Assembly: GCA_964388035.1 (NCBI GenBank)
Contig: CAYLZE010000090.1
Coordinates: forward strand, 1,901 to 21,190
Reading direction: 5' to 3'
Origin: an uncultured archaeon
GTDB taxonomy: Archaea > Asgardarchaeota > Lokiarchaeia > Sigyniarchaeales > SOKP01
DNA length: 19,290 nucleotides
Positions 17,629 to 19,290 of the stretch are shown here, piece by piece. Made by a program: the position numbers and the translations under genes. Within the stretch, counting starts at the first letter, position 1, and the number at the start of each line of letters is the position of its first letter. The notes under the pieces were generated by a model. The model made no database searches. It was not told the DNA's origin and was given only the letters and a program-made list of their open reading frames with translations.

Positions 17629-18882
17629 CTATAGCTTTTTTTTATTATCATTTTCTTCTATTTTTTGGGTGATCTTAGTGAAATCTGTAATAGCAAATAT
17701 GATCATGCATATTAGAAGCAGGATAGAGGTGTAAATAAAAGCCCAGGAAAAAGAGAACACGTCATATATATAGCCAAAAATTAATGATTCTGCCATTGTA
17801 ATGATACCTACAGAGAAATAGTAATAGCCATATGCTCTGCCTCTCTTATTTTTTCCCGCTAAATCTGCTATATACGCTCTGGAGATGGGATCTACGGCAC
17901 TCAAGTAAAATCCATACATTAAAAAGATGATAGTTATTATTATTAACGAAATTGAAGAAGGAGTAACGGGAAAGGCTAATATGATGGATGAAACGAGTAG
18001 AAACGATAATCCAATTAATATAATAGGCTTTCGTCCTACCTTATCAGAGAGAGTGCCATTAATTGGAGAAAAAAAAGTGTAAACCACGTTGCTTAATAAA
18101 TAGAAGAGAGGAATCAAGAAAATCATGTTCATCGAGACATAATCCGCTGCTCTAATGATGAGAAATGCAATATCTAAACTGGCGAATTCAATTACTCCTA
18201 AGATGATGATCAATTTGATAAAATTCTTATCTATTTTATCCATCTTGGGCGTTTCTTGAAATTTAAGCTTGGTTTCATCGAATTTATTGGGATCCACTTC
18301 TTTTACCGTTAGTATTAAAACAATAGCTATAATACCGGGAAAGATCGAAAAAAATATGATTTGCGAAAAGGACCAGAAAAAGAATAAGAATATAAATGCC
18401 AATAATGAACCAATAACTGCACCTAATGTATCCATCGAACGATGCAATCCAAACGATTTTCCTTTTTCAATCGCATAATATGAAATGAGTGCATCTCGTG
18501 AAGAAGTTCTAAGACCCTTGCCCACGCGATCCGTAGATTTTAATGCTAATACGAATTCCCATGAGGGACTTAGCCCTATAAAAGGTTTTGAAAGATTAGA
18601 TATAGCATATCCTGCGACAACGAACGGCTTCCTCTTGTTTATTTTATCACTCATCCAACCCGTTACCCCTTTGAGAATGTTGGCTATTGCGTTGGTCATT
18701 CCCGAAATTAGCCCTAAGATCAATGCAGTACCTCCAATTGAAAAAATAAATAACGGTAAAATGCTTTGAATCATCTCGCTCGAAACGTCCGTAAATAATG
18801 ACACCAAGCCCATGATAAAAACTTGAATACTAACGCCCAGTATTGTTTTTTGTTTCTGTTGTGCTTCTGGTTCTTCTATCAT
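17629..18882 (-). CDS. Major facilitator superfamily transporter
   Basis: About 12 TM segments, VSLFTDVSSEMI, motif A GWMSDKINKRK and GTLSDKVGRK, DRVGKGLRTSSRDALI, FGLHRSMDTLGA, RGRAYG. Confidence 0.93.
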   Translation of the reverse strand: MIEEPEAQQKQKTILGVSIQVFIMGLVSLFTDVSSEMIQSILPLFIFSIGGTALILGLISGMTNAIANILKGVTGWMSDKINKRKPFVVAGYAISNLSKPFIGLSPSWEFVLALKSTDRVGKGLRTSSRDALISYYAIEKGKSFGLHRSMDTLGAVIGSLLAFIFLFFFWSFSQIIFFSIFPGIIAIVLILTVKEVDPNKFDETKLKFQETPKMDKIDKNFIKLIIILGVIEFASLDIAFLIIRAADYVSMNMIFLIPLFYLLSNVVYTFFSPINGTLSDKVGRKPIILIGLSFLLVSSIILAFPVTPSSISLIIITIIFLMYGFYLSAVDPISRAYIADLAGKNKRGRAYGYYYFSVGIITMAESLIFGYIYDVFSFSWAFIYTSILLLICMIIFAITDFTKITQKIEENDNKKKL

Positions 18883-19135
18883 GTTTTAGTTGAAATATTT
18901 CTTTAAAAATTATAATTGTAAAATATATCACGTATTAAACCTATAATTAACCAAAAAAGAGGATTAAATTTAAATTATTAGTAAAAATAATTTGAGTACT
19001 AAATACTGACTTGTTAATTAGATTAATTTTTCCTATTTTATTTAAAAATAAGAGAAAAACCATAGATTAAATAAAAAGGTAAGAAATTTTTGCTCCATTA
19101 ATTCAGTACTTATGAACTTTTTTAAAACTTTTTTA

Positions 19136-19290
19136 TTAACACCAAACTGATGGTGTATATTGTGTTAAGGGTAAATTAATTATTTGTTGAGTTCGAGAAG
19201 ATTCATATGACGCTAAAACCAGTTCCAAAGCTGCTCTACCATCATATATCGTTGGAATCCATTTTTCTGGAAATCCAACATCATCGTTTG
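19136..19290 (-). CDS. C-terminal fragment of a Gfo/Idh/MocA family oxidoreductase (partial)
   Basis: Not in the ORF track; translated by hand: NDDVGFPEKWIPTIYDGRAALELVLASYESSRTQQIINLPLTQYTPSVWC*, stop TAA at 19136-19138. DG..ALE...A.YES....I.LP is typical of this family's C-terminus. Confidence 0.7.
   Translation of the reverse strand, partial: NDDVGFPEKWIPTIYDGRAALELVLASYESSRTQQIINLPLTQYTPSVWC

Noticed and set aside
865-18769. Short ORFs in the track overlapping larger genes (865, 1453, 3114, 4220, 5575, 8442, 8468, 9326, 11084, 11148, 11793, 13964, 14295, 18269, 18485)
   Set aside because: Antisense or alternate-frame shadows of well-supported genes, with no recognisable motifs.
1-19290. 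CRISPR arrays, tRNA/rRNA genes, transposases or inteins
   Set aside because: No regularly spaced repeats, no GC-rich structured RNA, no transposase ORF, and NrdJ has normal length with uninterrupted motifs.

Overview
AT-rich archaeal-type window, most likely from an Asgard archaeon (Lokiarchaeia-like). This assignment is inferred from a stand-alone Rab-like small GTPase, an archaeal/eukaryotic-type tRNA methylthiotransferase, AGGTGA ribosome-binding sites and oligo-T terminators. The left half holds a truncated MtaB-like radical SAM gene, a membrane protein, a CapK/PaaK-like adenylate-forming enzyme, a GT4 glycosyltransferase, a putative Tubby/LURP-one-like protein, the GTPase and an ATP-cone-containing monomeric-type class II ribonucleotide reductase. 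The right half holds the most notable element: a three-gene cassette (A-B-C) present twice (10496-13307 and 13890-16633), with a YkgJ-type Cys-cluster gene between the copies. Each of the six genes encodes a two-helix membrane anchor followed by a left-handed beta-helix (hexapeptide-repeat) domain. Together they look like a split, three-gene version of the C1-C2-C3 membrane module of epsilon-poly-L-lysine synthetase (Pls/PosA-type NRPS terminal domain), with no adjacent A or T domain. The last gene of the second cassette appears to begin at an ATA codon. A DUF1295 protein, an MFS transporter and the 3' end of a Gfo/Idh/MocA oxidoreductase close the window.
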